Assembly: GCA_035263405.1 (NCBI GenBank)
Contig: DATFRI010000071.1
Coordinates: 777 to 64,776 of the forward strand
Direction: 5' to 3'
DNA: 64,000 nucleotides
Source: Actinomycetes bacterium
GTDB taxonomy: Bacteria > Actinomycetota > CALGFH01
Shown: piece after piece, positions 23,291-32,768 of the stretch
Position numbering within the stretch: the first letter of the stretch is position 1
Layout of the letters: every line of letters begins with the position of its first letter
Notes under the pieces: model-generated
What the model saw: the letters and a program-made list of their open reading frames with translations, nothing else
Databases searched by the model: none
Told to the model about the DNA's origin: nothing
Made by a program: the position numbers and the translations under genes

Positions 23291-24580
23291 TCAGGACGCC
23301 GCCGCGGCGGCGCGCTCGTGCTCCTCCATGCGCTCGGTCACCACGACCTTGGCCGCCGCCGCGACGGGGATCGCCATCAGGGCGCCGAGCAGCCCCAGCG
23401 CGGTCGCCCCGATCAGCCCGGCGAGCAGCACCGCCGCCGCCGACAGGTTCACCGCGCTGCGCTGCACGCGCGGGGCGATCAGGAAGTTCTCGACCTGCTG
23501 GTAGACGATGAAGTACCCGAGCACGAGCACCCCGGTCGGCCAGAGCCCCTCGGTGAGCGACGCCACCACGGTCGCCACGATCGCCCCCAGCGTCGCGCCG
23601 ATCAGCGGGATCAGCGCGGTGAAGCCCACCATGATCGCCAGCGGCAGCGGGAACGGGACCCCGATGATCGTCAGCGCGATCAGCGCCGACACGGCGGCGA
23701 TGAACGACACCACCAGCTGGCCGATCATGTACGCGCCCACCTTGTCGACCACCAGGTCGAGCATCGGGGCCATGCGCGCGCGGTTGGGGACCGGGATCAG
23801 CCGCGGCGCGCCGCGGCGCAGCCGGGGCAGGCCGAGCATGAAGTAGACCGTCAGCACCAGCACGGTGAGCCCGTTGGCGAGCGCCCCGAACAGCCGCCGG
23901 GTGAAGCCCAGCAGCCGGCCGCCGACCAGCCCGGGCAGCCCGCGCGCCAGCCCCTCCAGCCGGCCGGTCAGGTCGAAGCGGTCGGTCAGCTCCCGCAGCC
24001 GCCCCGACTGCGCCTGGAAGCGTGCGAGGTACCCGGGGGCGTCCGCCACGAGCTGGTTGAACTGGCGGACCAGCGGCGGGGTCACCGCGGCGACGAACGC
24101 GGACAGGACGGCCGCGAAGGTCAGGAAGATGATCACCACCGCCACGCCCCGCCGCAGCCCCCGGCCGGTGAGCCAGCGGACCGCCGGGTCGAGGCTGATC
24201 GCCAGGAACAGAGCCACCAGCACCCGCACCAGCACGTCGGCGACCGAGCGCACGCCGAGCGCGAGCACGTACACCGCGAGCAGGCCGAGCCCGGCGAAGA
24301 AGCCCGCCCGGAACCACGCCCCGCCGGTCGCCGGCACCAGCCCGTCCGGGCCGGGCAGCCCCGGCAGCCGGGACCGGCCGGCGGGCTCGGCGCCGGCGGC
24401 GCCGGGCGGCGGGGCAGGTGCCGAGGTGGCCGGCTCCCGCGCCGGTGCCGAGCGCGGCCGCCCGTCGGCAGGGTCCCGCGCCGGCGGGGCGGGCCGCGCG
24501 GCGGGCGGGTCCCGCGGCGGGGCGGCAGCGGGCGGCAGCGTGGTCTCCGCCGGCCGCTCGGAGCCGGTCGGCGCGCTCAC
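23291..24580 (-). CDS. AI-2E family transporter (PerM-like), with a roughly 75-aa Pro/Ala-rich N-terminal tail
   Basis: The eight-TM core and the segment LVVSFIAAVSALIALTIIGVPFPLPLAIMVGFTALIPLIGATLG fit the family. The GTG start overlaps the stop of the upstream GNAT gene. Confidence 0.8.
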   Translation of the reverse strand: MSAPTGSERPAETTLPPAAAPPRDPPAARPAPPARDPADGRPRSAPAREPATSAPAPPPGAAGAEPAGRSRLPGLPGPDGLVPATGGAWFRAGFFAGLGLLAVYVLALGVRSVADVLVRVLVALFLAISLDPAVRWLTGRGLRRGVAVVIIFLTFAAVLSAFVAAVTPPLVRQFNQLVADAPGYLARFQAQSGRLRELTDRFDLTGRLEGLARGLPGLVGGRLLGFTRRLFGALANGLTVLVLTVYFMLGLPRLRRGAPRLIPVPNRARMAPMLDLVVDKVGAYMIGQLVVSFIAAVSALIALTIIGVPFPLPLAIMVGFTALIPLIGATLGAIVATVVASLTEGLWPTGVLVLGYFIVYQQVENFLIAPRVQRSAVNLSAAAVLLAGLIGATALGLLGALMAIPVAAAAKVVVTERMEEHERAAAAAS

Positions 24581-25314
24581 GTCCCCTCCCCGGTCAGCGG
24601 CAGCAGCCAGTCGCCCGCGGTGTGGCTGCGCCGCCAGCCCGCGGCCGTGGCGGTCCGGTCCGCCGCGCCGTCCAGCCCGGTGGACAGCCACAGCGGCCGT
24701 CCCCGCGCGACCAGGCCGCACGCCTGCTCGAGCAGGCCGCGGCCGAGGCCGCGGCCCTGCTCCTCGGGGCGCACGGCCAGGTGGCACAGCTGCGTGGTCG
24801 GCCCGTCGTCGAACAGCAGGAACCCGCCGCTGCGGTCGGGCGTGCGGAAGGCGCGGCTGCGGCCGTCGGCGAACCGGCGCTCGTAGGCCGGGCGGCGGTG
24901 GTCCTGCCGCTCGCCGCCGACCGGCGCGGACAGCACCAGCTCGACGAAGCCCGCGGCGTCGGAGCGGTCGAACGGCTCGAGCTTGGGCGCGCCCGCGCCC
25001 GTGCCCTCGGCCCGCCGGTAGGACTGCGTCTCCACCTGGTGCAGGCCGAGGTCCGCGAGCACGTCGGGGAGGTCCGCGCGCGAGGACGGGCTCGCGAGCA
25101 CGTGCACGTAGGCGCGCCCCGCCGCGGCGAACGCGTCCCGGGCGGCGTCCAGCGCCAGCGCACGGCGGACCCCGAACACCCAGTTGTAGACCCACAGCGG
25201 GTCCACGCCGCTCAGCACCGCCCGGCCCGAGGGCAGCGCGACCACGCGCCCGCCGCCCACCAGCGACAGGCTCTGGTGGTTGGTCTCGGTCGCGTGGACG
25301 AAGCCGAGCGGCAT
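24577..25314 (-). CDS. GNAT-family N-acetyltransferase
   Basis: It has an acetyl-CoA-binding motif (RPEEQGRGLGRGLLE). It is 4-nt coupled to the downstream transporter gene. Confidence 0.78.
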   Translation of the reverse strand: MPLGFVHATETNHQSLSLVGGGRVVALPSGRAVLSGVDPLWVYNWVFGVRRALALDAARDAFAAAGRAYVHVLASPSSRADLPDVLADLGLHQVETQSYRRAEGTGAGAPKLEPFDRSDAAGFVELVLSAPVGGERQDHRRPAYERRFADGRSRAFRTPDRSGGFLLFDDGPTTQLCHLAVRPEEQGRGLGRGLLEQACGLVARGRPLWLSTGLDGAADRTATAAGWRRSHTAGDWLLPLTGEGT

Positions 25315-25446
25315 CCGGTCGGGCTCCTCGGGTCCCCGGGGACTTTGGGTCCTTCAGCCTATGCCGGCCCGGCCCCGGCGCGCAGGCGGACCGCGGCTAC
25401 ACTGCTGGCGTGGGCGCGGCCGGGGTCGCCTGGAGCGAGGGGGAGG

Positions 25447-26634
25447 ATGATGTCGCTACCCGATCCGGTGATCGTCGCGGGTGCCCGGACCCCGATCGGG
25501 AGGTTCGGCGGCGCCCTGGCCAGGCTGCGGGCGGTGCAGCTCGGGGGGGTCGCGATCCGGGCGGCCCTGGAGCGCGCCGGCGTCCCGGCGGACGCCGTCG
25601 AGCACGTGGTCATGGGGCACGTGCTCCAGGCCGGGCAGGGCCAGCTCACCGCCCGCCAGGCCGCCGTCGAGGCGGGCGTGCCACTGACCGTCCCCGCGCT
25701 CACGGTCAACAAGGTGTGCCTGTCGGGCGTGAACGCGGTCGCGACCGCCGCGCAGTACGTGCAGCTCGGGCAGGCCGGGATCGTGGTCGCCGGCGGGATG
25801 GAGTCGATGAGCGGGGCGCCCTACCTGCTGCCCACGGCGCGCTTCGGCGCCCGCATGGGCGACGCCGCGCTGGTCGACGCGATGCTCCACGACGGGCTGC
25901 TGGACGCCTACGGCGGCGAGCACATGGGCGCCATCTCCGACCGGGTGAACGAGCGGCTGGGGATCGGCCGCGAGGCCCAGGACGAGTGGGCGGCACGCTC
26001 CCACGAGCTGGCCGCCGCCGGCGCGAAGGGCCCGCTGCGCGAGGAGATCGTGCCGGTCGAGGTCCCGCAGCGGCGCGGGGAGGCCGTCCGCGCCGAGGAC
26101 GACGAGGGCGTGCGCCCGGGCACGACCGTGGCGACCCTGGCCGAGCTGCCGCCCGCGTTCGGGCCGGGGGGGACGATCACCGCCGGGAACGCCTCGCAGA
26201 TCTCCGACGGCGCGGCCGCGCTGGTGGTGACCTCGCGCGACCACGCGCAGGCGGCGGGCCTGCCGGTGCTCGCCTCGATCCTGGCGTACGCGAGCGTCGC
26301 CGGTCCGGACACCACCCTGCACTCGCAGCCGTCGCGGGCGATCGCCGCGGCCTGCCAGCGAGCCGGCGTGGCGCCCGCCGACCTGGACCTGGTGGAGATC
26401 AACGAGGCGTTCGCCGCGGTGGCGATCCGGTCGGCCGCCGAGCTGGGGCTGGTGCCCGAGCGCGTCAACGTCAACGGCGGCGCGGTGGCGCTGGGGCACC
26501 CGATCGGCGCGAGCGGCGCGCGGCTGGTGCTGACGCTGGCGATGGAGCTGGCCCGCCGTGGCGGGGGGACCGGCGCCGCCGCGCTGTGCGGCGGCGGGGG
26601 GCAGGGCGACGCGCTCGTCGTCCGCGTCGGCTGA
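25447..26634 (+). CDS. acetyl-CoA C-acetyltransferase (thiolase II)
   Basis: It carries the thiolase active-site Cys (VNKVCLSG), the His in NGGAVALGHPIGASG, and the C-terminal Cys in AALCGGGGQG. A GGGAGGA Shine-Dalgarno lies upstream. Confidence 0.92.
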   Translation: MMSLPDPVIVAGARTPIGRFGGALARLRAVQLGGVAIRAALERAGVPADAVEHVVMGHVLQAGQGQLTARQAAVEAGVPLTVPALTVNKVCLSGVNAVATAAQYVQLGQAGIVVAGGMESMSGAPYLLPTARFGARMGDAALVDAMLHDGLLDAYGGEHMGAISDRVNERLGIGREAQDEWAARSHELAAAGAKGPLREEIVPVEVPQRRGEAVRAEDDEGVRPGTTVATLAELPPAFGPGGTITAGNASQISDGAAALVVTSRDHAQAAGLPVLASILAYASVAGPDTTLHSQPSRAIAAACQRAGVAPADLDLVEINEAFAAVAIRSAAELGLVPERVNVNGGAVALGHPIGASGARLVLTLAMELARRGGGTGAAALCGGGGQGDALVVRVG

Positions 26635-26681
26635 TCCCGCCCGACGGCCGGCGGCTCACCCCGGCGGCTCACCCCGGCGGC

Positions 26682-27332
26682 TCAACCGGGCCGGTCGAGC
26701 GCGGCGGCCCGCCGGCCGGCCTGGCGCGGGGTCAGCAGCTCGGCGCCGACGACCACCGCCGCGAACCGCTCGAGCGGGACGCGCTCGAACCCGGGCGCCA
26801 GCATCCCCTCGAAGGGCCCGGCCGGCACCAGCTTGGCGGGGACGGCGACCACCAGGGTCGGCAGTCGCGCCGCGAGGGCGCCCGACCCGGCCGCGTTGAC
26901 CAGCGCCCGCGGGCCGATCGCGTCGGCCCCGATGATCCCCGCCGCGGCCGGCTCGCCCTCACCGGCCCGCCGGCGCCCCGCCAGCACCTGGTCGACCAGC
27001 GAGCTGGACGACAGCGTCGCCGCGGGGCCGCCCGCCTGCTCCAGCCACGCGCGCGCGACCATGACGGCCGCCCGTGTGTCGGCGCGCAGCGCCGCCCGCA
27101 GCGCTTCGAGCGCGGCGCGTGGGTCGGCGGCGCGGGCCGCCCGGGCCAGGTGCCAGACCGGCGCCATCGCCGGCTGCCCGGCGACCAGCACCCGGACGGC
27201 CTCGGCGAGCAGCTCCGGCCGGTCGGCGACGGCCAGCAGCCCGTCGGCCGCGGCGAGCGCGATCGGCGTCGCGCCCGAGCGCCGGTCGGCCGCGGCCGCC
27301 AGGACCTGCGCGGGGATCCGGGTCGGCGGCAC
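26682..27332 (-). CDS. hypothetical protein with an IF-2B (eIF-2B α/β/δ, MtnA)-like C-terminal fold, truncated form
   Basis: High GC3 throughout, whereas the overlapping alternative frame is R/W/S-rich. The motif IIGADAIGPRALVNAAGSGALAARLPTLVVAVPAKL resembles the VGADxI..NG..NKIGT..LA..A...VPVYV block of IF-2B. This is a similarity call from memory. Confidence 0.5.
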   Translation of the reverse strand: MPPTRIPAQVLAAAADRRSGATPIALAAADGLLAVADRPELLAEAVRVLVAGQPAMAPVWHLARAARAADPRAALEALRAALRADTRAAVMVARAWLEQAGGPAATLSSSSLVDQVLAGRRRAGEGEPAAAGIIGADAIGPRALVNAAGSGALAARLPTLVVAVPAKLVPAGPFEGMLAPGFERVPLERFAAVVVGAELLTPRQAGRRAAALDRPG

Positions 27333-27447
27333 CTCCGCAGCCTAGCGCGGCCGCCGGCCGGTAGACTGCCGCCGGTCCGCCGCGCACCCCAGGGGGTCCG
27401 GGGGACCTGAGCAGCTGCGGGTCCCCCGGTCGACAAGGGAGGTCGGG

Positions 27448-28233
27448 ATGGCCGAGTTCGTCCGCGTCGAGGTCGACCCGAGCACGCGCGTGGCGACCAT
27501 CCGGCTGGACCGGCCCAAGGTCAACGCGCTCAGCTTCCAGGTCCAGGACGAGCTGACCGAGGCGGCCGGGCAGGTCGCGGACGACCGGGACGTGGGCGCG
27601 GTCGTGCTCTGGGGCGGGCCGCGCGTGTTCGCCGCCGGGGCCGACGTCAAGGAGATGCAGGGCCGCTCCTACGGGGAGATCTCGGCGCGCACCGCGCGCC
27701 TCCAGGCGGCCTTCACCGCGATCGCCCGCATCCCCAAGGTGGTCGTCGCCGCGGTCGACGGCTACGCGCTCGGCGGCGGGTGCGAGCTGGCGCTGACCGC
27801 GGACTTCCGCTACGCGGCCGCCGACGCGCAGCTCGGCCAGCCGGAGATCCTGCTCGGCATCATCCCCGGCGCGGGCGGCACGCAGCGGCTGCCGCGCCTG
27901 ATCGGCGCGGCGCGGGCCAAGCGGCTGATCTTCTCGGGCCGCCCGGTCGGCGCCGACGAGGCGCTCGCGATCGGGCTGGTCGACGCGGTGTTCCCGCCCG
28001 GCGAGGTGTACGAGCAGGCATGTGCCGCGGCGGCGCGCTACGCCCGCGGGCCGCTGCTGGCGCTGCGCGCCGCCAAGCAGGCCATCGACGGCGGCCTGGA
28101 CGTGGGCGTCGACCAGGGGCTGCTGCTGGAGCGGCACGCCTTCCAGGCGCTGTTCGCCACCGAGGACGCCCAGGTGGGGATGGCGTCGTTCGCCGAGCAC
28201 GGCCCCGGCAAGGCCTCGTTCAGCGGTCGCTGA
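27448..28233 (+). CDS. enoyl-CoA hydratase (crotonase family)
   Basis: It has the oxyanion-hole region FAAGADVKEM and GYALGGGCELALTADFRYAA. An AAGGGAGG Shine-Dalgarno lies upstream. Confidence 0.9.
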   Translation: MAEFVRVEVDPSTRVATIRLDRPKVNALSFQVQDELTEAAGQVADDRDVGAVVLWGGPRVFAAGADVKEMQGRSYGEISARTARLQAAFTAIARIPKVVVAAVDGYALGGGCELALTADFRYAAADAQLGQPEILLGIIPGAGGTQRLPRLIGAARAKRLIFSGRPVGADEALAIGLVDAVFPPGEVYEQACAAAARYARGPLLALRAAKQAIDGGLDVGVDQGLLLERHAFQALFATEDAQVGMASFAEHGPGKASFSGR

Positions 28234-29305
28234 GGGGCGGCGCCTTCCGCGCGGCCGCGCGCAGCCGCGCCGCGGCGTGGTCGGGGTCCACGACGTTGAT
28301 GAGCACGCCGGTGCCCAGCTCGAACCCGCCCAGCGTGGCCAGACGCGGCAGCACGTGCAGGTGCCAGTGGAAGTCGGCGACGCCCGGTGGCGCGGAGTGC
28401 ACGACCAGGTTGACCGGCGGGTGGTGCCCGACCGCGGCGCGCAGGCGGGCGAGCGCGTCGGCGACCCCGGCGGCCAGCGCCTGGTCGCCGGTGGCGGGGT
28501 CGGCCTCCAGCCGGGGGCTGTGGCGGCCGGGCAGCAGCAGCGACTCGAACGGCAGCAGGCTCGCCCACGGGCAGGTGGTGACCAGGCCGTCGGCGTCGCG
28601 GACCAGCCGCACGCCGCCCGCGCGCTCGCCGGCGACCAGCTCGCACGCCGCGCAGCTCCCGCAGGCCAGCCGGTCGACCTCGGCCTGGACCAGCTCGGGG
28701 CGCAGCGCGGTCGCGAACACCTGCGCATGGGAGTGCTCCAGGGAGGCGCCGGCCTCGCGGCCGTCGTTGACGATCACGACCACCGACCCGAGCGGCCCGG
28801 CGGCGTGGTGCGCCAGCCGCCGGCGCCAGGCGCCGACCGCGGCCGCCAGCGTCCCCGGCTCGAGGTCCAGCAGCCCGGTGCGGTGCTCGGGCCCGTGGAC
28901 GATCACCTCGTGGGCGCCGGCCGCCGGCATCCGCCCGTCGCGGACCGGGGCGCCGGTGGCCCCGCCGCTGAACGCCGCGAACTTGTTCGGCACCACCCGG
29001 ATGCGCCAGCCGGGCGTGTCGGGCGGTGTGCCCGGCGCCCGGTCGGCCCAGATCTCCGGCGGGGTGAGATGCTCGTTGCCCCCGCAGAACGGGCATCCGA
29101 GCGGCCCGCGCGGCCGGCGCGCCGTCCGGTGGAACGAGCTGGGCCGTGCGCCGCGGCCCGCGGCGATGACCGTCCAGCGGCCCGTGAACGGGTCGCGGCG
29201 CAGCTCGTTCCCGCCGGCGGGCGGCGGCGCCGCCGGCGGGAGCCCGGCGGGGACGGGGAGCGGGTGCGGGGTGCCGGCGCCCGGATGGCCGGAGGATGTG
29301 GTCAC
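28220..29305 (-). CDS. galT: galactose-1-phosphate uridylyltransferase (HIT superfamily)
   Basis: It has the Zn site CPFCGGNE and the HIT-like HSHAQVFA. The GTG start was chosen downstream of a low-GC3 N-terminal stretch. It converges on the crotonase gene with a 14-nt overlap. Confidence 0.72.
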   Translation of the reverse strand: MTTSSGHPGAGTPHPLPVPAGLPPAAPPPAGGNELRRDPFTGRWTVIAAGRGARPSSFHRTARRPRGPLGCPFCGGNEHLTPPEIWADRAPGTPPDTPGWRIRVVPNKFAAFSGGATGAPVRDGRMPAAGAHEVIVHGPEHRTGLLDLEPGTLAAAVGAWRRRLAHHAAGPLGSVVVIVNDGREAGASLEHSHAQVFATALRPELVQAEVDRLACGSCAACELVAGERAGGVRLVRDADGLVTTCPWASLLPFESLLLPGRHSPRLEADPATGDQALAAGVADALARLRAAVGHHPPVNLVVHSAPPGVADFHWHLHVLPRLATLGGFELGTGVLINVVDPDHAAARLRAAARKAPPLSDR

Positions 29306-29474
29306 GGGGTCGTGGAGGGTAGGCGGCAGGGCGGACCGGTGCCGCCAGCCTATTCCGGGCGCGGCTGGTACGCTGCGGTCGGCCGGCGGCGCCGCGGCCC
29401 GTCCTCGTGTGAGCTGCGACGGCCGCCACGCCGATCGTCCAGTCCAGCCCGGGGAGGCAGCTCCGGCGAACCCG

Positions 29475-32400
29475 ATGGCCACCAACCAGGAATCCACCTT
29501 CGGCCGGGCCGCCCGCGCCGCGTTCCGGTCGTTCGTGCTGCTCGTGACGCTCACGCTGGAGAGCCCGGCGCTGCGCCGCCGTGTCCGGGAGGCGCGCGCG
29601 CTGCTCGGCGCCGCCGCCGCGGTCTACCTGCGCTCCCGGCCGGCCCCGAGCTTCCTGGCGCGCGCGCTCGCGGAGCGGCGCGCGGCCGAGGCCCGGCTGG
29701 CGCAGCTCGCGCGCGCCAGCGGCTCGCCGCCCAGCGGCCAGGTGCCGGCCGTGCTGGCCACGATCTGGCGGCACCCGCTGCTGGTCTTCAGGCGGCGGCG
29801 GATCACGGCGCGGCTGCGCGCCGCCGACATGGAGCTGGGCGGCTGGGCGGTGAGCCTGACCGGGACCCGCGGCTACCTGTCCGCGGCCCAGCGCGCGGTC
29901 GCGGTCGCCGAGGCGGAGCTGCGCGAGGCGGACGCCCGCCGCGCCGCGGCCCGCCAGGGGCTGCGGACCTACCTCGCCGAGCTGCTCGCGCTGACCCTCG
30001 CCGTCCCGCGCCGCCTGACGGGCTCGGTCTCCACGCGGTGGTCACGGCTGCGGGATGCGGCTGCCGCGCGCCGCGCCGACCGGGCGGCCCGCGCTGCCCG
30101 CGCGGCGTCGGCAGCGACCGAGGCACGGCCCGCCGGCAGCCCCAGGCCGGCGCCGGCCACCCGCCCGTCCGCCCCGGCTCCCGGGGCGCCCGCGGGCGGC
30201 CCGCCGCCCGTGCCGCCGCCCGCCCGCGCCGTGCCGCCGCCGCTGCCACCCCTGGCCGGTCGGGTGGCCGGACCGGCGTCCCCGCCTGCGGCCGGGGGGC
30301 CGGCGCCGCCGCGGAAGGCGCCCGCCGCCGCGCCGCCCGCGGGCTCGGAGTGGTCCCCGCCCGGCCCGGCAGGGGGCAGGGTGCAGGGCCCGCCGGCCCC
30401 CGCCGCCCCGGTCCGCCCCGCGCCCACCGTGCCGTCGTCCGGCAACGGGCGGGAGCCGGCGCCCGTGCGGCCGGCCGCCGCCGTCCAGGCCAGGGAGCGC
30501 CACGTGCGCCGGAACGCGCGGCGGGCGCGGCGCGAGGCGACTCGGGCGGCGCGGCGCGAGGCGATCGAGTCCAAGCAGGCCACGCGCGCCGCGGCGGCGG
30601 TGGTCACGTCCCTGGCCGAGCCGCCCGACGAGCACCGCGAGGGCGTGATGCGGTTCCTCCGCCCGATCGCCGTGGCGCTGGTCCTCACCGCCCTGCTCGG
30701 CGGCGGCGTCGCGCTGCCCGCCGGGATGCTCCTCGCCGGCCGCGTCACCGCCGCGGAGGCCGGCCTGCCCGACCTCGGCGCCCTGGACAAGCTCCGGCGG
30801 CCCGAGCGGACCGAGGTCTTCGACCGCTACGGCAACCGGATCGCGGTGCTCCGCGACGAGCAGGACCGGATCGTCCTCAAGCTCGAGGAGATCCCCAAGC
30901 TCATGCAGGACGCGGTGATCTCCGTCGAGGACGAGCGCTTCTACGAGCACAAGGGGGTGGACGAGCGCGGCATCGTGCGCGCGGCGCTCGCCAACCTCGT
31001 CAAGGGCCGCACCGCCCAGGGCGGCAGCACCATCACCCAGCAGCTCATCCGCAACAGCTACCCGGACCTCAAGGACATCTCCCTGGTCCGCAAGATCAAG
31101 GAGGCGGCGCTCGCCGCGCAGCTGGAGACGCGCACGACCAAGCACCAGATCCTCGAGGACTACCTCAACCTGGTGTACTTCGGCTCCGGCTACTACGGGG
31201 TCGAGGCCGCCTCCCAGGGCTACTTCGGCAAGTCCGTCAAGAAGCTCATGCTGCACGAGGCGGCGCTGCTCGCAGGCATCATCCGCTCGCCCGAGGGGGT
31301 CAACCCGCGGTCCACCAACCGCACGGTGCGCGAGCGCTGCCGGCAGCTGCGCAACGCTGTGATCGACCTCATGGTCGCGCAGGGCAAGGTCGACCCCCAG
31401 GTCGCCGCGCGCGCCAAGGCGGCGCCGGTGCGGGTGAAGCCGCCCCGGCCGACCGCCGGCAAGTACCCCTTCTTCATCGACTACATCAAGCAGCACCTGC
31501 TCGGCGACCCGCCGAGCGACCGCCTCAGCAGGGCCAAGAGCGACCGCACCGGCGACCGCCGCCTCGGCGGGAGCTACGAGGAGCGCAAGCGGGCCCTGTT
31601 CGAGGGCGGCCTGAAGATCTACACCACCCTGGACCCCATGATGCAGGAGTCCGCCGAGGCCGCGGTCAAGAACCGCCTCCCGGCCGACGGGCGTGCCGAC
31701 GCCGGGCTGGTGTCGATCGACCCGCGCACGGGCGCGATCCGGGCGATGGTGGGCGGGCGCAACTACCGCACGGCCAAGTACAACTACGCCTGGCAGGCGC
31801 GCCGCTCGCCGGGCTCGTCGTTCAAGACGTTCGTGCTGGCCACCGCGCTCAGCGAAGGCATCTCGCCCGACTCGCTGTGGGAGTCCTCCGGCATCCCCAT
31901 GGGCACCGACATCTGCGGCATCACCGACTGGGCGCCGCAGAACTACGAGGGCAGCGGCAGCGGGCCCATCAGCCTGCGCGAGGCGACCGCCAGGTCGGTG
32001 AACGGCGTCTACGCCCGCGTCATGGGCAAGGTCTGCCCGGAGAAGGTCGCCGCGATGGCCGCCAGGCTGGGCGTCACGATCCGCAGGGCCGACCGGCACG
32101 CGCCGGCGATCGCGCTCGGCGGCACGAGCGTGCGGGTGATCGACATGGCCAGCGCCTACTCGACGCTCGCCAGCGGCGGGATCTACCACCGCCCGACGGC
32201 CGTGACCAAGGTGATCCGCCGCAGCACCGGCCAGCTCGTCTGGGAGGAGGCCTCCAAGGGCGTCCGCCGGATCCCCGAGGCGCTCGCCTACGAGACCACC
32301 CAGGTGCTCAAGGGCGTGATCCAGGCCGGCACCGCGGCGCGCAACGGGCAGCTCGGCCGGCCCGCCGCCGGCAAGACCGGCACCTCACAGAACTACGCCA

Positions 32401-32768
32401 ACGCCTGGTTCGTCGGGTACACGCCGCAGCTGTCGACCGCGGTCTGGATCGGCAACCCGAAGGGGGAGTTCCGGTTCACGATCAACCAGCTCGACCACGT
32501 GACCGGCGGCTCGTTCCCGACGATGATCTGGCACGACTACATGGCGGCCGCGCTGCAGGGCGCGCCCCCCGAGGACTTCCCGCCCCCCGCGGATCACCTC
32601 ACCTACACCTTCCTGCCGCCCCCCTCGACCACCCCCGGGTCCACGATCCCCGGCCAGCCGCCGGGTCCGCCCGGCCAGCCCCCGGGCCAGCTCCCGGGCC
32701 CGGGCGGGCCGAACCCGGGTCCGCCGGGGCAGACGATCGAGCCGCCCGGCAACCAGGGGCGGGGGTGA
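29475..32768 (+). CDS. ponA: class A penicillin-binding protein (GT51 transglycosylase plus transpeptidase), fused in frame to a roughly 390-aa N-terminal cytoplasmic extension
   Basis: GT51 motifs: EDERFYEHKGVD, GGSTITQQL. Transpeptidase motifs: SPGSSFK, SVN, KTGTS. The single TM is IAVALVLTALLGG. The upstream 1.17 kb is in frame with strong GC3, has no stop codon, and has an ATG at 29475. Internal alternative starts lie at 30645 and 30648. Confidence 0.8.
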   Translation: MATNQESTFGRAARAAFRSFVLLVTLTLESPALRRRVREARALLGAAAAVYLRSRPAPSFLARALAERRAAEARLAQLARASGSPPSGQVPAVLATIWRHPLLVFRRRRITARLRAADMELGGWAVSLTGTRGYLSAAQRAVAVAEAELREADARRAAARQGLRTYLAELLALTLAVPRRLTGSVSTRWSRLRDAAAARRADRAARAARAASAATEARPAGSPRPAPATRPSAPAPGAPAGGPPPVPPPARAVPPPLPPLAGRVAGPASPPAAGGPAPPRKAPAAAPPAGSEWSPPGPAGGRVQGPPAPAAPVRPAPTVPSSGNGREPAPVRPAAAVQARERHVRRNARRARREATRAARREAIESKQATRAAAAVVTSLAEPPDEHREGVMRFLRPIAVALVLTALLGGGVALPAGMLLAGRVTAAEAGLPDLGALDKLRRPERTEVFDRYGNRIAVLRDEQDRIVLKLEEIPKLMQDAVISVEDERFYEHKGVDERGIVRAALANLVKGRTAQGGSTITQQLIRNSYPDLKDISLVRKIKEAALAAQLETRTTKHQILEDYLNLVYFGSGYYGVEAASQGYFGKSVKKLMLHEAALLAGIIRSPEGVNPRSTNRTVRERCRQLRNAVIDLMVAQGKVDPQVAARAKAAPVRVKPPRPTAGKYPFFIDYIKQHLLGDPPSDRLSRAKSDRTGDRRLGGSYEERKRALFEGGLKIYTTLDPMMQESAEAAVKNRLPADGRADAGLVSIDPRTGAIRAMVGGRNYRTAKYNYAWQARRSPGSSFKTFVLATALSEGISPDSLWESSGIPMGTDICGITDWAPQNYEGSGSGPISLREATARSVNGVYARVMGKVCPEKVAAMAARLGVTIRRADRHAPAIALGGTSVRVIDMASAYSTLASGGIYHRPTAVTKVIRRSTGQLVWEEASKGVRRIPEALAYETTQVLKGVIQAGTAARNGQLGRPAAGKTGTSQNYANAWFVGYTPQLSTAVWIGNPKGEFRFTINQLDHVTGGSFPTMIWHDYMAAALQGAPPEDFPPPADHLTYTFLPPPSTTPGSTIPGQPPGPPGQPPGQLPGPGGPNPGPPGQTIEPPGNQGRG

